The notes under the pieces were generated by a model. It was not told where the DNA came from and did no database searches. It saw nothing but the letters and a program-made list of their open reading frames with translations. The translations under genes were made by a program, and so were the position numbers. From Lama glama (lineage: Eukaryota), in NCBI GenBank assembly GCA_028534125.1, contig CM052816.1, forward strand, positions 88,786,001 through 88,850,000: a stretch of DNA of 64,000 bases, in the 5' to 3' direction. Shown one piece after another: positions 10,980 to 23,371 of the stretch; the first letter of the stretch is position 1; each line of letters starts with the position of its first letter.

Positions 10980-13060
10980 TAATTTCTGTTCTCCTGATTC
11001 AATACTGACTGAATGAAGAGTTGATACCAAAAGTTGATACCAGAGGAGCTGATACCAGAAATGGAATGGAATCCCAGTGTTTGGTCCAGGACATTGGTTT
11101 GATCGTGACCTTGGCCTTGAGCATAATACGGAACTGTTTGCTAATGACATGTAGGACAGTAGAAGTCTACAGGGTGCTGTGACTTACCAGTAATCAAATA
11201 ATCAACCATGTTTACTTGTGATGAGGGGACCTCTGAAACAAAGCTCCAGAAGCCAAGTTGTAAGTGTCCTTCATTATTTTCTCATCATAGTCATTATAAG
11301 ACTGTAAGAAGATGGAATAATTGTTTTAACTGCACTTGAGAGCTTACAGATAAACCATAAAGACAGACATGCCACACACAAAAACTCATGGCTTCAAATT
11401 ATTTGTTCAAACGACTGCAAGAAAATGTAGAAAGCTTCTGAGGCCATCTGAGTGGGTTTGGGCTAAGCTGAGAAACATGAAACTCTGAGTTTCTCTAAGC
11501 CTCTCTTGTCAGCAGAAGAAGACTTCCTTCCTCTGTGTGAGAAAACTAGCTTTCTCTTGCTTGAACACCTCATAATAACTCACCTGATGGACTTACCCTG
11601 CAATGATTGTCCATTTCCCTCAAGATTCACTCTCCCGCATTATTATCTCCTGACCCATAATTAGAATCAGAACTTTTCTAGAGCTCAGCATGCTCTCAAA
11701 GGATCTGTACAAAATCTGACCTAGGAGGAACTAACTTATACTTCAAAATAATTGCAAGATTTTTGCTAATCAATACCAGCAAAAAGCCAGGGAATATGTC
11801 AGATACTGTATTCTAAGAAAATTAGACAAAGGATGAAAAAATATAACAGTGTGTTGGGCTGGGTTTATTGATATGGATGTAGCTAATGGGGATTCTATAT
11901 TTAATAGAGTTGATTGCACATCTTAAACTACTACTAAAAGTAGAGTTGGTAGGTTGATTGAAATGCGTCCTCAATAGTGACCTACATTCAAGGAGTTTGA
12001 AATGTCATAACTTATTTATCATGGCTCAGAAGAATGAGGGCAAAAGCTTAGAGAGACAGGAATGTTAGCACAGATTTATTATGGGCAAGCTGTCTCCCTC
12101 CACTTTCCACATCACTCTCATCTAGGGGACTCGAGAATATACTTCATAAAGGCAGTGAAAATCAATAGGACGTGAGAATACCAGGCATTTCAAGTACCAG
12201 TCGACAAGTTTTGTGGTACTCTCCACAGAATTCAGACATGAGGGTGGGAGATGTCACCATTGATTCTTCATCTGTCACCATTGAGATGAGTCACTGACAT
12301 CAGTGTCTCAGATAGAGGGGTTCCAGAGTGATAGAAGCCAAGGAAGTAACTGCCAAGGCTGAGATGATGCACGTAGCAAATAAACAGCAGGAACAAATTT
12401 CTAACCAGGATGTTTTTACCTGCAGGGATCTTTGCTGTTAGCCAGTTGATCATGCTGTTCCTACTACAGTTTTACTCAATACATACATTAATGACAACAC
12501 ATTTTATGACTGTGGCCAGAAACATGACTTAAATTTCCACAGTGGAGAGACACAGCCTCTCACTCAGTTTTCCAAGCAAGGCCTGTCCACATATCTGGAA
12601 CAGCTCGATTGACAGGGATGGTGGATTCCCCTGAGTAAAGACCATCCACGCCGCATCAAATATGCATTATAAATTTCCCTCCATGCCTTCTTCAGAAAAA
12701 CCTATTGCCACTTACTAAGGTGACTATACATGGAGGAGAAGAAAATATCAGTCCCCAAAAAAGTGACTTTCTGGCTCTGAAGTGTTACAATTTCTGGTGA
12801 CCCAAATACATGGGGACCTACCAAAGTCAGAGATTATGGTGGTCAGGAGATATATGAAATTTTAAACTGAATTTGAATCACAGTGGGCTCAGCTGTTCTG
12901 CTAACCCACTCTGTTATTGTTTCCCCAATTTCTGAAAGTATACTTAATATAAAAATAATTAGGTAATGGTAGCATTTCTCACCCTTAAATTGCAGATATT
13001 ATGTGGGAAAGAGGCAAGTAAAAGTTTTGGGAGATTTTCTCCCTTCCAAAATGGCAGACA
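10980..13060 (+). mobile_element. Degenerate ERVL internal region (gag to protease), preceded by an MLT2-like LTR 3' end remnant
   Basis: Resembles recalled HERVL/ERVL-int segments: gag tttattgatatgg...gattct...aaagcttagagagacaggaatgttag (11865-12070) and protease ctggctctgaagtg...gacccaaa...tatggtggtcagg...acagtgggctcag (12770-12940). Many stops and frameshifts. Confidence 0.8.
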
Positions 13061-13615
13061 TAATATAGCATGTAATAATAACAATTTTTTTTTTAAATGC
13101 AAGATCGTTTTCAAAATGTGAGAGACAATGAAGAAGAAATCAATTACTTTTCTCTTTGCCCATTCTGAAAAGGGATCCCAGAGAACTTGATGTTTGAATT
13201 GTCTCTAAAATGGTGACAAGAATGCCTGAAACAACTGTGGGGAGAAGGAGGCTATTCGGAATGAGCAGAGGGTTGGATAAAGTGCATGCAGCCCAGCATG
13301 GCTGGGGTGTAGGGTCTTCATGAGGATGTAGAGGCCACTGGCCCTGGAGAAATACACAGGCAAACATTATTAAAGTGCATTATTTATTGTGCTAAGGATT
13401 ATACACTTGGTGGATAAGTCTTTAAGTATTTTCTCTTCATGGGGTAATACGATCCCATTTGCCCAGACGATATAAGCAGTTATCTTAAATGTTAATAATA
13501 ATAGAATACATGTGCCCTGGGTCCTTTCAATTGGAGAATGTGGGGCAAATATATTGGATATGGCCTCTCTACAAGCTTTTCTTATTTCAGATTTTACCCT
13601 GAGTTAGGCTGGAGT

Positions 13616-14083
13616 TGTTACTGAACACAAGTTCATGCGCCCAATGCACAGTGAGGCCAGACAAACTGAAATGCCAGAGTTTGGAGCAGAGAAAGGTTTA
13701 TTGTAGGGGTGAGCAAGGAGGATGGTTGGCTTGTGCTCAAAAAATCCTTACTCCCCCAAAGGGTTTCAGCAAAGCATTTTAAAAAGCCAGACAAAGGAGA
13801 GGGTCGCAGGGTATGTGATTAGCCAAGCACAGTTGTCTGATTGGTTGATGTTGAGGTAACAGGCCAGTTAACATTATCAGTCCTTAGGTGCCCATAGACG
13901 TGGGGCCTCATGATCATCAAATAGTTAATTTCTTCCATCTGGTGGTAGTTTTAGCATCTGTAAAACATCTCAGGAAGTGAGCATCAGATACTGTTATCTA
14001 GGTATTTCAGAGAGGAGCTACAGCAGAGGATATGGGGAAGGGGTCTGTCCCGGGAAGGCCCCATAAGGTCCTGCTCAGTTACA
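13616..14083 (-). mobile_element. Solo LTR, ERV1 (class I)-type, 468 bp
   Basis: TG...CA termini (TGTTACTGA...TCAGTTACA imperfect inverted ends). 4-bp TSD GAGT at 13612-13615 and 14084-14087. Poly(A) signal (TTTATT ~13697) and CCAAT (GATTGG ~13839) are on the minus strand. Confidence 0.9.
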
Positions 14084-14454
14084 GAGTTCCATTTTGTTTT
14101 GGCTAATAACAGGAATTTAAGGAGCTCTGTTAGGACCACTACTGTACGAGATCTAATATAAATAAGTGACTTGGCTAAAGCAATAGAACTTCCTCAACAT
14201 AATGGTTCGTATTTTATGCATGCTAAGAGCACTTTAGATCTGTCACAACCAGCTGTTCAATTCAACCTTGTGACTGGGTATCCAAACTGCAGCAGCAAAA
14301 GATTTTCAAACCCAGTGAGCACTAATTACAAAAATATTCACTACCATTTACATAGTTTCCTTTTTAGATTTTATTAATTTTTAGAAAGCTGAACTTACTG
14401 TCAGTAATTAAAGGGAGGAATATTAAAAAGACATTTAAGACCTGGCTATATATA

Positions 14455-14536
14455 TGCAAAAAGTATAAAATAATATAATAAAAAGTATAAAAAGAATAAA
14501 ATAAAATGAAATAAAATATAATGTAAAATAATAAAA
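14455..14536. repeat. A-rich low-complexity tract
   Basis: Degenerate (TAAAA)n / (ATA)n run. Confidence 0.7.
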
Positions 14537-14979
14537 CAGTACTCACAAAATTCTCATTCAAAAGGAAAAGTTTATCTAGAATATTTTAACTTGTAACTTT
14601 CAGACACTGTGGATGGGGTTAGAGGATACTTTCATATTGTGTGAACTGATCTCTCACAAACTGAACACAAGAAAACACTTTCTGTTGATATCACTTTGCT
14701 TTTCCTACTCCACCCTGACCCCTATTTTTAAACTGGATGGTGTTGAAAAAATTTTTAAAAGTGTATTTTTTGTTGCAGAGTCACATGCATTTTTGCTCTC
14801 ATGCTAAAGAGTCCTGTACTAATGATCAACTCAGTGTGAAGTGAGACTTTCTTGCCACTTTTGGAGTTATGTTTTCCATTTATTGTAGAAAGATACTTCT
14901 AGAGTAATTAGTGTATCATGGTAAAAACTTTTGTTATTTAAGATATGATTCATGTACCAGTAGAACTGACTTTAACTAA

Positions 14980-15088
14980 GAGCTTATTGGAAATGGTAGA
15001 AATACACCAGAGTCAACAGAATTAGTATCTGCATTTTAACAATATCCCCAGGTGATCCATAGGCATATTAAAGATTGAGAAGTACTAA
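14980..15088. mobile_element. MER5-like hAT-Charlie fragment
   Basis: atctgcattttaacaatatccccaggtgat...attaaagattgagaagtact resembles the MER5A terminal part. Confidence 0.7.
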
Positions 15089-16269
15089 GCAAAGTTATTT
15101 ATTCTACCACTTAAACCTAATTATATTATTTAAATTAGTTGGTACTAGTGTGCCTTTCAATATTTTTATATAAAGTATTCTGACTTGAATTAATTTTTGG
15201 TAACCATGCCTTTATATATTTCATATTATTAAAATGTTAATTACTACTCTGTTTTACATTTGGCTTAATAACTGAGGTACATAAGCCTGCTCTAAAGTGT
15301 TTCCTTAAATATTCCCTGACTCTGATTCCAGGAAGATCCCTAAGGCATTATTGAAAAATAGTATGTAGTATTCCTTTGTGTATAGCAACAAACACACAGC
15401 TCCTTGTCCTTCAGCAATTCTAAAACTCTTGGTACTAATTTCTATTTCTCCTTTTAAGAGTTTATAACTTATATTAACTATTATGAGTGAAAAGTCAGTT
15501 CCCACCAATTTCCTTTGCCCTTTGGACTTACGGATGTTCAAAGTAGGTCACCTATTTTCTTTTCTATTGTAGATCTCTAGTTTTTATGACTCTGTCTTCT
15601 ATAAATTTTATGATTAACATCTTCTAAATTTTTACCATAAAACCTTTGAATATTGTATCATTGCATCCCTTTTTGTTTATAATAGACAATTTGATTTGAG
15701 ACTTGTGCTGTAGGTGTTAGCATGATTAATATCACAGAATTCATATCTTTAAATAAAAAATGCAGGAAGTCATTTTGTTTTGAACTTTTTGAGAAAGTGA
15801 TGGACTTTTTCAAAAAATCTTTTTAGATGGGTGTTATCTTTATTTTCAATTTCTAAAGCAATCTAAAGGCAGCAGATAGAAATAAGGATGACCTGAAGCT
15901 GGCTGTCCTTGTTCCAGCCAAGAGGACTCTGGTCCCATGTTGCAAGAGGATCTAAAGCCGCTCATAGCCATGATTAGTGCTGGCGCAGTAAGGTCTTGGC
16001 CTTAGGTGTGCTAACTAATGTCATGGCTCCTTTTGCTGATCCCACGCACCTTTTAATCCTGGGGTTTCAGGGTTCTCCTGGCCTCTCCCTGTCCCACGCT
16101 CTGAAGCCGGGAAGGCCTAGAGTGAAAACCGATGGACTTCTTTTGATAGCTGTAAAAATAATGAAGATATTACAAAATAAGAGTGAGTCAATGAGTTACA
16201 TGTATATTCTTGTTTAACTGTGAACCTGGAATTACTTAGATTTAGGGAATTATTTTGTACCATTTCTAC

Positions 16270-17060
16270 TTCACTTATTCATCCCTTCCTCCCCTCAGTT
16301 CACAGCAACTGGCATTCTTTTTGTTGTCTCTGTAGTTTCACTTTTTCAAGAATGTCATAAAGTTGGAATCATACGGTAGGTAATCTTTTCAGAATGGCTT
16401 CTTTCACTTAGCAGTATGCACTCAACATTCCTCCATGTCTTTTCCAAACTTTGTAGCTCATTTCTTTTGGCACTGAATGATATTCCATTTCTGGAGAGGT
16501 CACAATTTATTTATCCACTCACCTACTGAAGGACATCTTGGTTGTTTCCAAGTTTTGGTAATTATGAATAAAGCTGCTACGAATATTCCTGTGCAGATTC
16601 ACGTGTAAACATAAGTTTCCAGCTCATTGGCTGGATTGTCTGGTGAGAGTAGTTTAGTTTTGTAAGAAACTTTCAAACTGTCTTTCAAAGTGGCTGTACC
16701 ATTCTGCTTTGCCACCAGTGGCCAGTGAGAGTTTGTGTGCCTCCAGATCCTCTCCAGCACACAGTGTTTGCAGTGTTCTGGATTTTGGCCTTCCTGATAG
16801 GTGTGTGGTGGTATCTCATTTTAATTTGCAATTCCTTAGTCACATATGCTGTGGATCATCTTTTCATGTGCTGATTTGCCATCTGTGTATCTTCTTTGGT
16901 GAGGTATCTGTTCAAGTCTTTGGCCCATTTTTAATGAGAATCTGTTTTCTAATTGTTGAGTTTTAATAGTTCTTTGTATAATTTAGATAACAACCCTTTA
17001 TCAGATATGTCTTTTGTAAATATGTTCTCCCAAGCTGTGTCTTGTTCATTCTCTCGATAC
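16270..17060 (-). mobile_element. Old LINE-1 3' fragment (L1MB/L1MC-like)
   Basis: Antisense L1 motifs: gaaggacatcttggttgtttccaagttttgg, gtggtatctcattttaatttgcaattcc, cctttatcagatatg. Confidence 0.88.
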
Positions 17061-18187
17061 TGAATGCAATTTTAGAATTTATTTTTCAATTCATTTACCT
17101 ACTCGACAAATGTTCACTGTATACCTTTGACAACAGTAAAACAGAATCTACCCCAAACTTAGCCTAAAGGAGGAGACAGATTTTTTTTTTTTAAATCAGC
17201 TCTAAATAGAAGAGTTGTCCCAAATATCAGGCTGTTTCTAACAGGGGGAATCTGTCGAGGCTACTGAGCTATCTCTTCTCTGTGTCTCCCAGCTACTGAA
17301 TTACCTGTGACTCCTCTTTTAATATTTCTTTCCTGTCTTTCTTTTTGCAATATTTAAAGTCATCAAATGATTTCTGAAATGTTATTTCATCAAATTATAT
17401 CTGACTTGAGATTTCCACTGGCACCTAATAAACCATTAAAAATGTAGTCTAACTCTGGCTATGGATCCAGGAAGTGGGAGTACAGATTCTGAAAATAGAA
17501 TGCCCTCTATGACTGTCTAAAGGTCATGAAAGTCCACAGGATGATATATTATTCTAGGGCCAGTGCCTTTAAAAACCAGGCCTGTCAAACAAGAAATTTA
17601 GAAATTGGTGACAGCACAGGCGCCTGATGGCAGAGAGAACGCTGATTCAGTCCTTGAATTTTCCATGACGACTTCTCACCTGCACTTAGCAGCTGTTTAT
17701 TGCTTGGTTCACTGGAGCATATGATGCTGAACCAAGCCACGGGTCAATAAAGTCATTTACAATGATCAGTCCTCTGAGTGAAAGAGATGATGAATCAACC
17801 AAAACTCCTTTAGGCAACAGACCTAGCAGGGAAATTTTGCACTTTAGGTAGAAACATATAATCAAATGAATCAGCAGCCTGCACATCACCCTAATTAGTT
17901 TTACTACCTTTGGAGAAAGCATGCAACAATCTTCTAAATGCTTTCCTCTTTTCATAGGGATGTTAGCAGTGGGATACAAAACTCCGCAGAAAACTTTTAA
18001 ACTTTGACCTTGGAAGTATTTGGTGATTTCAAGATTTTTATATTATCAGATTTAATTTTGGATTCAAAATTAGTTTTAATTTCCTTCACATTTCTATGTG
18101 ATATTTTACTGTTACATTGAAATGAGGAATTTTATCTGTTTGCAATTATTATACAAGTGGCATTATTATTTACAAAGTCAATAAAAT

Positions 18188-18430
18188 CATAATGACAGCT
18201 TTTTTTGAGTGCATACGAAGTGCCATGAGCCATGTGCTTTACACATATTATCTCATTTCACCTTCACAAGGTGCTATGAAGCAGATGATGTATTTAGTCA
18301 CATTTATGGAAGATGAGTTGATAAAAAGGTTAAATAACGTTCCCAAGGTTGTAGAGCTGGTAGGTGGGCCAATTAAAAACTTAAGCATACATCTCTCATT
18401 GTTAAAGTTCATGCTTGTAATCACTACAGT
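18188..18430 (-). mobile_element. MIR SINE
   Basis: aatgacagct...tgtgctttacacatattatctcatttca...aggttaaataacgttcccaaggttgtagagctggtagg. Confidence 0.75.
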
Positions 18431-18964
18431 ATGAATGAATAACGACATGACATTTATTCAGATGCTGCTTCTCATAAACATATAATTTCTGAAACTTAGC
18501 ACTTTTACACTGTTTAAAAAGATTGATAGATTATATTCCATATGATATTTCAAAATTGATGTATGAATTAAATAACAACTTGTTATATGTATGTTTTAAT
18601 CACAAGAATGACACTTGTTATTGAATAACAACTGTAAACATGTTTGGAGTCCAGATACTGATGGTATGTATGATCTGACTTACTCTTTATATTAACGTTG
18701 GGGAGGGAGGTGTTATCAAACTGATGAACTGATGTTTACCAAATAATCTTAGAATAGAGACAAAATAGAATTGCATACTTCTTCTGCCTGAAAGTCCTAC
18801 ATATTAATAAAATTTCATTTTTTGTTTAATTTTACACTGCCAGGTAAATTTTTTACTCGGGCACAATTCTGAGTGACTTCTGAGATATGAGGGTGAAGTA
18901 TTTGGGTTCTTTGTGGGTATTAATCTGATTTGCCCATAAACAGTGTTTCTAGCTTCATGTAGAG

Positions 18965-19260
18965 ATTCATCAACTCAGCAAGGATTGGTTCAGTGCCTAC
19001 TGGAACAAGGCATGAGATAGGAAAGTCAAAACGTTTTATAAAACAGACCCTACCCTTTTGCAGTTTATAAATATTTCCTCAGGCATGATATAAGCACATG
19101 CAAATGCAAACAGCACAGCCTTAATTAAATGAATGTTCAAGACAGCAAAAGTGTAACCCAAATTAGTACATGATGCATGTTAAGTGAATTGAGTTCAGAG
19201 AGGAGAGGGATCATTTAGGGCTAATGTGGTCCAATAAGGCTGTAACAGGCAGAACAGATG
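18965..19260 (-). mobile_element. L2 3' fragment
   Basis: ttcatcaactcagcaa...agtgcctactgg...aaacagaccctaccc...gagttcagagaggagagggatc follows the antisense L2 3' end pattern. Confidence 0.55.
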
Positions 19261-20234
19261 GACTGTGTATAAAGCAGCTGTCAACTGGGGTTTCCTGTTC
19301 CCTATCAAAGTTATACTTATTTGAAATCAGCCCACTTTCTACAATTTCAAGTGATGAGAGACCTAAAGTTTTCACTGAAAGCTCTATGAAATCCTGGAAA
19401 AACATCAGGTCCAAATATAGGTTTTCTCAGTCTATGAAAAATCTCTCTGGTCTTCAAATCTTTTTTTCTTCTGAATTGAATATATCTGGCCCTAATCTTT
19501 CTCTCTTTTTGAGAACTAGCTCCTTCCCAGATGTCCACAAATAGAACATAAATATAAAAACACTTTCATATGTCTCTTTGTGTGGACAGTGGTGTTTAAT
19601 TCAAACTTGAGGACAGGAGGAGGGATGGCACTTCATGGGGACGCTCCAAGCTGAGCGCGGGCTCCTAGACACTCCTGCTTCTGGGGTTTTCAGCTACCAG
19701 ACCAGCAGAGGTCTTGCTCTGGACTCCTGGGTCATGTCCGCTCCGAGCCTGTTCCCATCTCTTTCTAACTTCTCTACCTCACTCCTCACTTTCTAACTTA
19801 TTTAAAAGAATGCCGGGTTCTTTTCACTTTGTAGTCTGGAGCTATTCATCTCTTTCTTACTGCTCTTCTCAAGCTCCAGGCTAACCCTTAAAGACTTTCA
19901 GGAGGCCAAGAATTCTTCTGTAAAACAAGATACTTTCTCCTTAGGTGATACTTGTATTTTTCTTTTTCTTTCTCCCTCTCTCAAATATGTGTGTGTGTGT
20001 GTGTGTGTATCAAGTTTTTTCCCCTCTCTTGGGCCTATGTTGAATTGTAAATGTGTAAAATCTTCCACTGAGTGGTCATCTTTTCTTTTATTGAACAGCT
20101 CAGGTTATGGAAAACTGAATAAAACGTATCTGATTATTATAAAATGATTCCTACCAAGCCAGAGTCTGTGTCTCTGTGATTCCCATTCTTTGGCTTTTCT
20201 GGTCCAGGCAGCAAATGCCGAATGCTTTTTCGTG

Positions 20235-20450
20235 TGATTTCCTCATTCCTTTGACCTATCTTCACATGAACCTTCGCCATTCTCCTTTAAATCCTTTTCT
20301 CTATGGTGCTATTAAAATATGGTGACCAGAACTGAATACAGTCATCTAGATTTGATGTTATCAGTGAAGTATGAAGGATGTAGCATCTCCCTAATTTGAA
20401 ACACAACACTTTTGTTAATGAAGATGTGTACTGATTGTTTTTGTAGCTAC
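20235..20450 (-). mobile_element. L3/CR1 LINE reverse-transcriptase C-terminal relic
   Basis: Minus ORF 20287-20490 ends LHTSLITSNLDDCIQFWSPYFNSTIEKR, similar to the CR1 ORF2 motif LYxALVRPHLEYCVQFWSPxxKKDIxxLE. Confidence 0.75.
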
Positions 20451-20569
20451 AAAGCAATTTATTAAATTCATTGATAGATTTATTATTCAAAAACCATTTA
20501 ATTACCTTCTAAATTTTTGGCTCAAAATTAGTCATCAAAGTGCCCAATAGAATGGAGTGGGGAAAAAGA

Positions 20570-21560
20570 TGCACTAATGGTTTGGAGGAGGCCTGACTCT
20601 AATAGAAAGAAAATGTACATAAATATGTGATGACTTGAGTACTGAATGATGAGTCTTAGGCAAGGGTTGTGGAAAAGCTAACACTGGAGCATATAGGAAT
20701 GAGCATGAGGGTAAAGCAAGAGGTAGACATGGTACTGTTTAGGAACGATGTTTTATGTTGGAGTCTTTAATAAAAAGAGAAATGACCATTTTACAGGGAA
20801 TGGAGTGTCTAGAATTTGAGCTTTTCTACATGATTGATCCCTAAGACACTTAGGGTTTTCTATAGATTGTGGTGCACTCTAACACACATGCCTCCTAAAC
20901 AGGGAGTGTCTAATTAAATGTAAAGTCTTTCAGATCTTCTGAAAACGTTGCTGGGTGATTACACATTTTAGCTTGCAGTTTGTAAGGACAGAATGAGGTG
21001 AATTTAATTGCTCTTAAAATACGTTTATTTTATCCTCTCATGGAAAGTGAGAGGATCAGATATTCCTCTGAAATACAATATTTTATTAGTGATATGGACA
21101 GTGACTAAAAGTGGGAAAAATATTTAGAGAAACACAAGGAATCAGTGACATTTTAATGTAGGGGGTGAGTTAAAGGAAACAGAAGAGACAAGATGATTCA
21201 TATAGTCTGGCTTTGGAAACTGGTTAAATGGTAGTACTATACAGAAATATTACATATAAAGAAGGAAGGAATCATTTAAATAGTGGAAATGATGGCTTTG
21301 GTCTGGAGTATTATGAATTTGAGATATGTGGGAGAATATAAATGTGCGTTCAATAGACCTTTGAGAATTTAGTCTGAAACCTCAGGAGATATTTGGGAAT
21401 AACCATCATTTATACATGATACATGAAACCGTGGAATTGGATGATATTAGCCGAGGTCAGAACCACAGAAAACGCCTACAATGGAAAACCAGACTGTTTA
21501 GAAAGAATGAAATAATGTAGACTGAAAAAGGATGTTACAAAAGCAAGAGGACATTCAGAG
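20570..21560 (-). mobile_element. Fragmented L2 (pieces ~20570-20760 and ~21090-21560)
   Basis: Purine-rich antisense L2 motifs, e.g. caagatgattcatatagtctggctttggaaactgg and tgaaaccgtggaattggatgatatt. Confidence 0.6.
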
Positions 21561-21584
21561 TCCATCTTGCACTATTTCTTAAGA

Positions 21585-21985
21585 CTCTGTGTGTCTGGGA
21601 AAGACTTGACTTGGTGGTTTTGGCTGAAGGTCTCAGATGCAGTTGCAGTCATTCGGTGACTGGAGCAGCAGCATCTGGAAGATGTCCTTGCATCTCTCTC
21701 TCTTCATTTAGTCTCCAGGCTTCTCCATGGGGTCTCTTCATGTGAGCAGTTTGGGCTTCCTCACTGCAAGGCAGCATCAGAACACTGGGGCTGTTCACAT
21801 GGCGGCACAGAGCTCCATATTAATAAGCTATATATATATTGCCTTTTTATGGCTTCACCTTAGAAGTCATACATTGTCACTTTCACAGAGTTCTACTCGG
21901 TTGCAGGCCCATGCAGATTAAAGTGAAGAGGATTAAATTCTGCCTCTTGATGGGAAAATGGCAAGATTCTAGAAAGACTGTATAG
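21585..21985 (-). mobile_element. MaLR LTR (old MLT1 subfamily)
   Basis: ttgggcttcctcactgcaaggcagc, ccttagaagtcatacattgtcactt, ctgcctcttgatggga. Confidence 0.75.
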
Positions 21986-23371
21986 CACCTATAGTCATAG
22001 GCATTAACATGATCAAAAGGTTTCTTCTAAATGCAAAGGGGATATGCCTAGATTAACCTTGGGGAAGATTTTCAGAGTCACCAAGTTAATTAGAAATTTT
22101 CCATCGAATAAAAATCATTGTATTATAAATCCCTAAAAGTACAATAGCATAGCTATAAAATAAACAGTATAGTGATAATGAAATTTATTTCTTGGGAAAC
22201 TGCAAAGGAATCTTGATGGACAGAAAAATCTTATGAAAATATTAAAGTGGAGTCATCTTTTTGAGAAAATGAAATTTCACATTGACGAATTTCTTATGTA
22301 GAAAGCGAAGATGATTACCAAAGGTATATTCGTAGCTAATTCTGTACCTCTTTAATCTGACTTCAGATTTCTTTTTTGAAACATTTCAAATCCTGACAAC
22401 ATTTGAGATTATCAGGGTTTTTCTTTCTTTTTTTCCAGTAATTATCAGTCCTGAATATAAAATTATAGTCAGAGGAAAAAAAAAAGGAAATGCATTGTGT
22501 CTGAACGTTTGTTTGTTGGTTGGTTGGTTTTGTTCTTGGGTGTATGGGTTGGGCATTGATATGACGTGTTTGTGGTTAGGTATGGGTGTGTTTCTATTTT
22601 CTTCCATATTTTGCTAGCAAATCTTTGACAACATACCTGCTATTGTCTGATGTCCCTTGAAAACTCAGTAAGATATTTTGAAAATTTCCCATTGAACCCC
22701 ACTTATTCATAGACTTACACATATATTGACCCTTAAAAAAAATTAGCAACATTAGAAAATTAAAAGGGTTGGAAGTTAGGAAATGTGTTTCAGAGGCCAT
22801 CTTTGGCCATTACGGCGTGATCAGTTTGAGGAGTACATTCTGAGGAAACAATGAGTAGTCTGTTCCAAGCAGAGGCGCCACGGTTGAGAGACAACAGTCA
22901 GCACCAGAGAAAGTCAGTGAGGCAAGCAGGGCAAGGGCCCCTTTCTTTCTGTGTTCATTAACAGTGAGTGCAATAAGACAGGGGCTCGTGGCGTAACATG
23001 TAGAAAGGCAATTACAACCTTAACTTGGAGTAATTAGACCAATTTCTTCCTTGGCAGAGCTAGAGGAGGCTCTTAACGCCTTCTCTTTGAAGGAAGCTAA
23101 AAATCTAGTTTGCAGATTTCGACACCTCTCTAAAAATCAGGAGCTGGTTAAGCACCAAAATTCATCCCTGAGCAAACATCCTGCTAACCTAGATCTCTTA
23201 AATGAATGAAAATGAAGGCTTATCTTTAAGGAATAAGAAAAACAGGAACATATAAATAATAGTTGAGATAATATTTTATCTTTTTTGCTAAATTTTCATG
23301 TGAGAGATTTGAATTTGTTGTGGATGTTTCTTTCATCAGTTATTTATTCTTTCAGCAAGAACGTATTGAGA

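Noticed and set aside
17697..17745. TTATTGCTT and ACGGGT resembling the starts of the miR-137 arms
   Set aside because: The order is wrong and the rest of the precursor does not match, so this is coincidence.
19260..20560. Idea that a 1.3-kb genomic segment was inserted into a single L2
   Set aside because: The two L2 pieces appear to overlap on the consensus, and a second L2 3'-end-like sequence lies near 20460-20510. Two independent L2 copies explain this.
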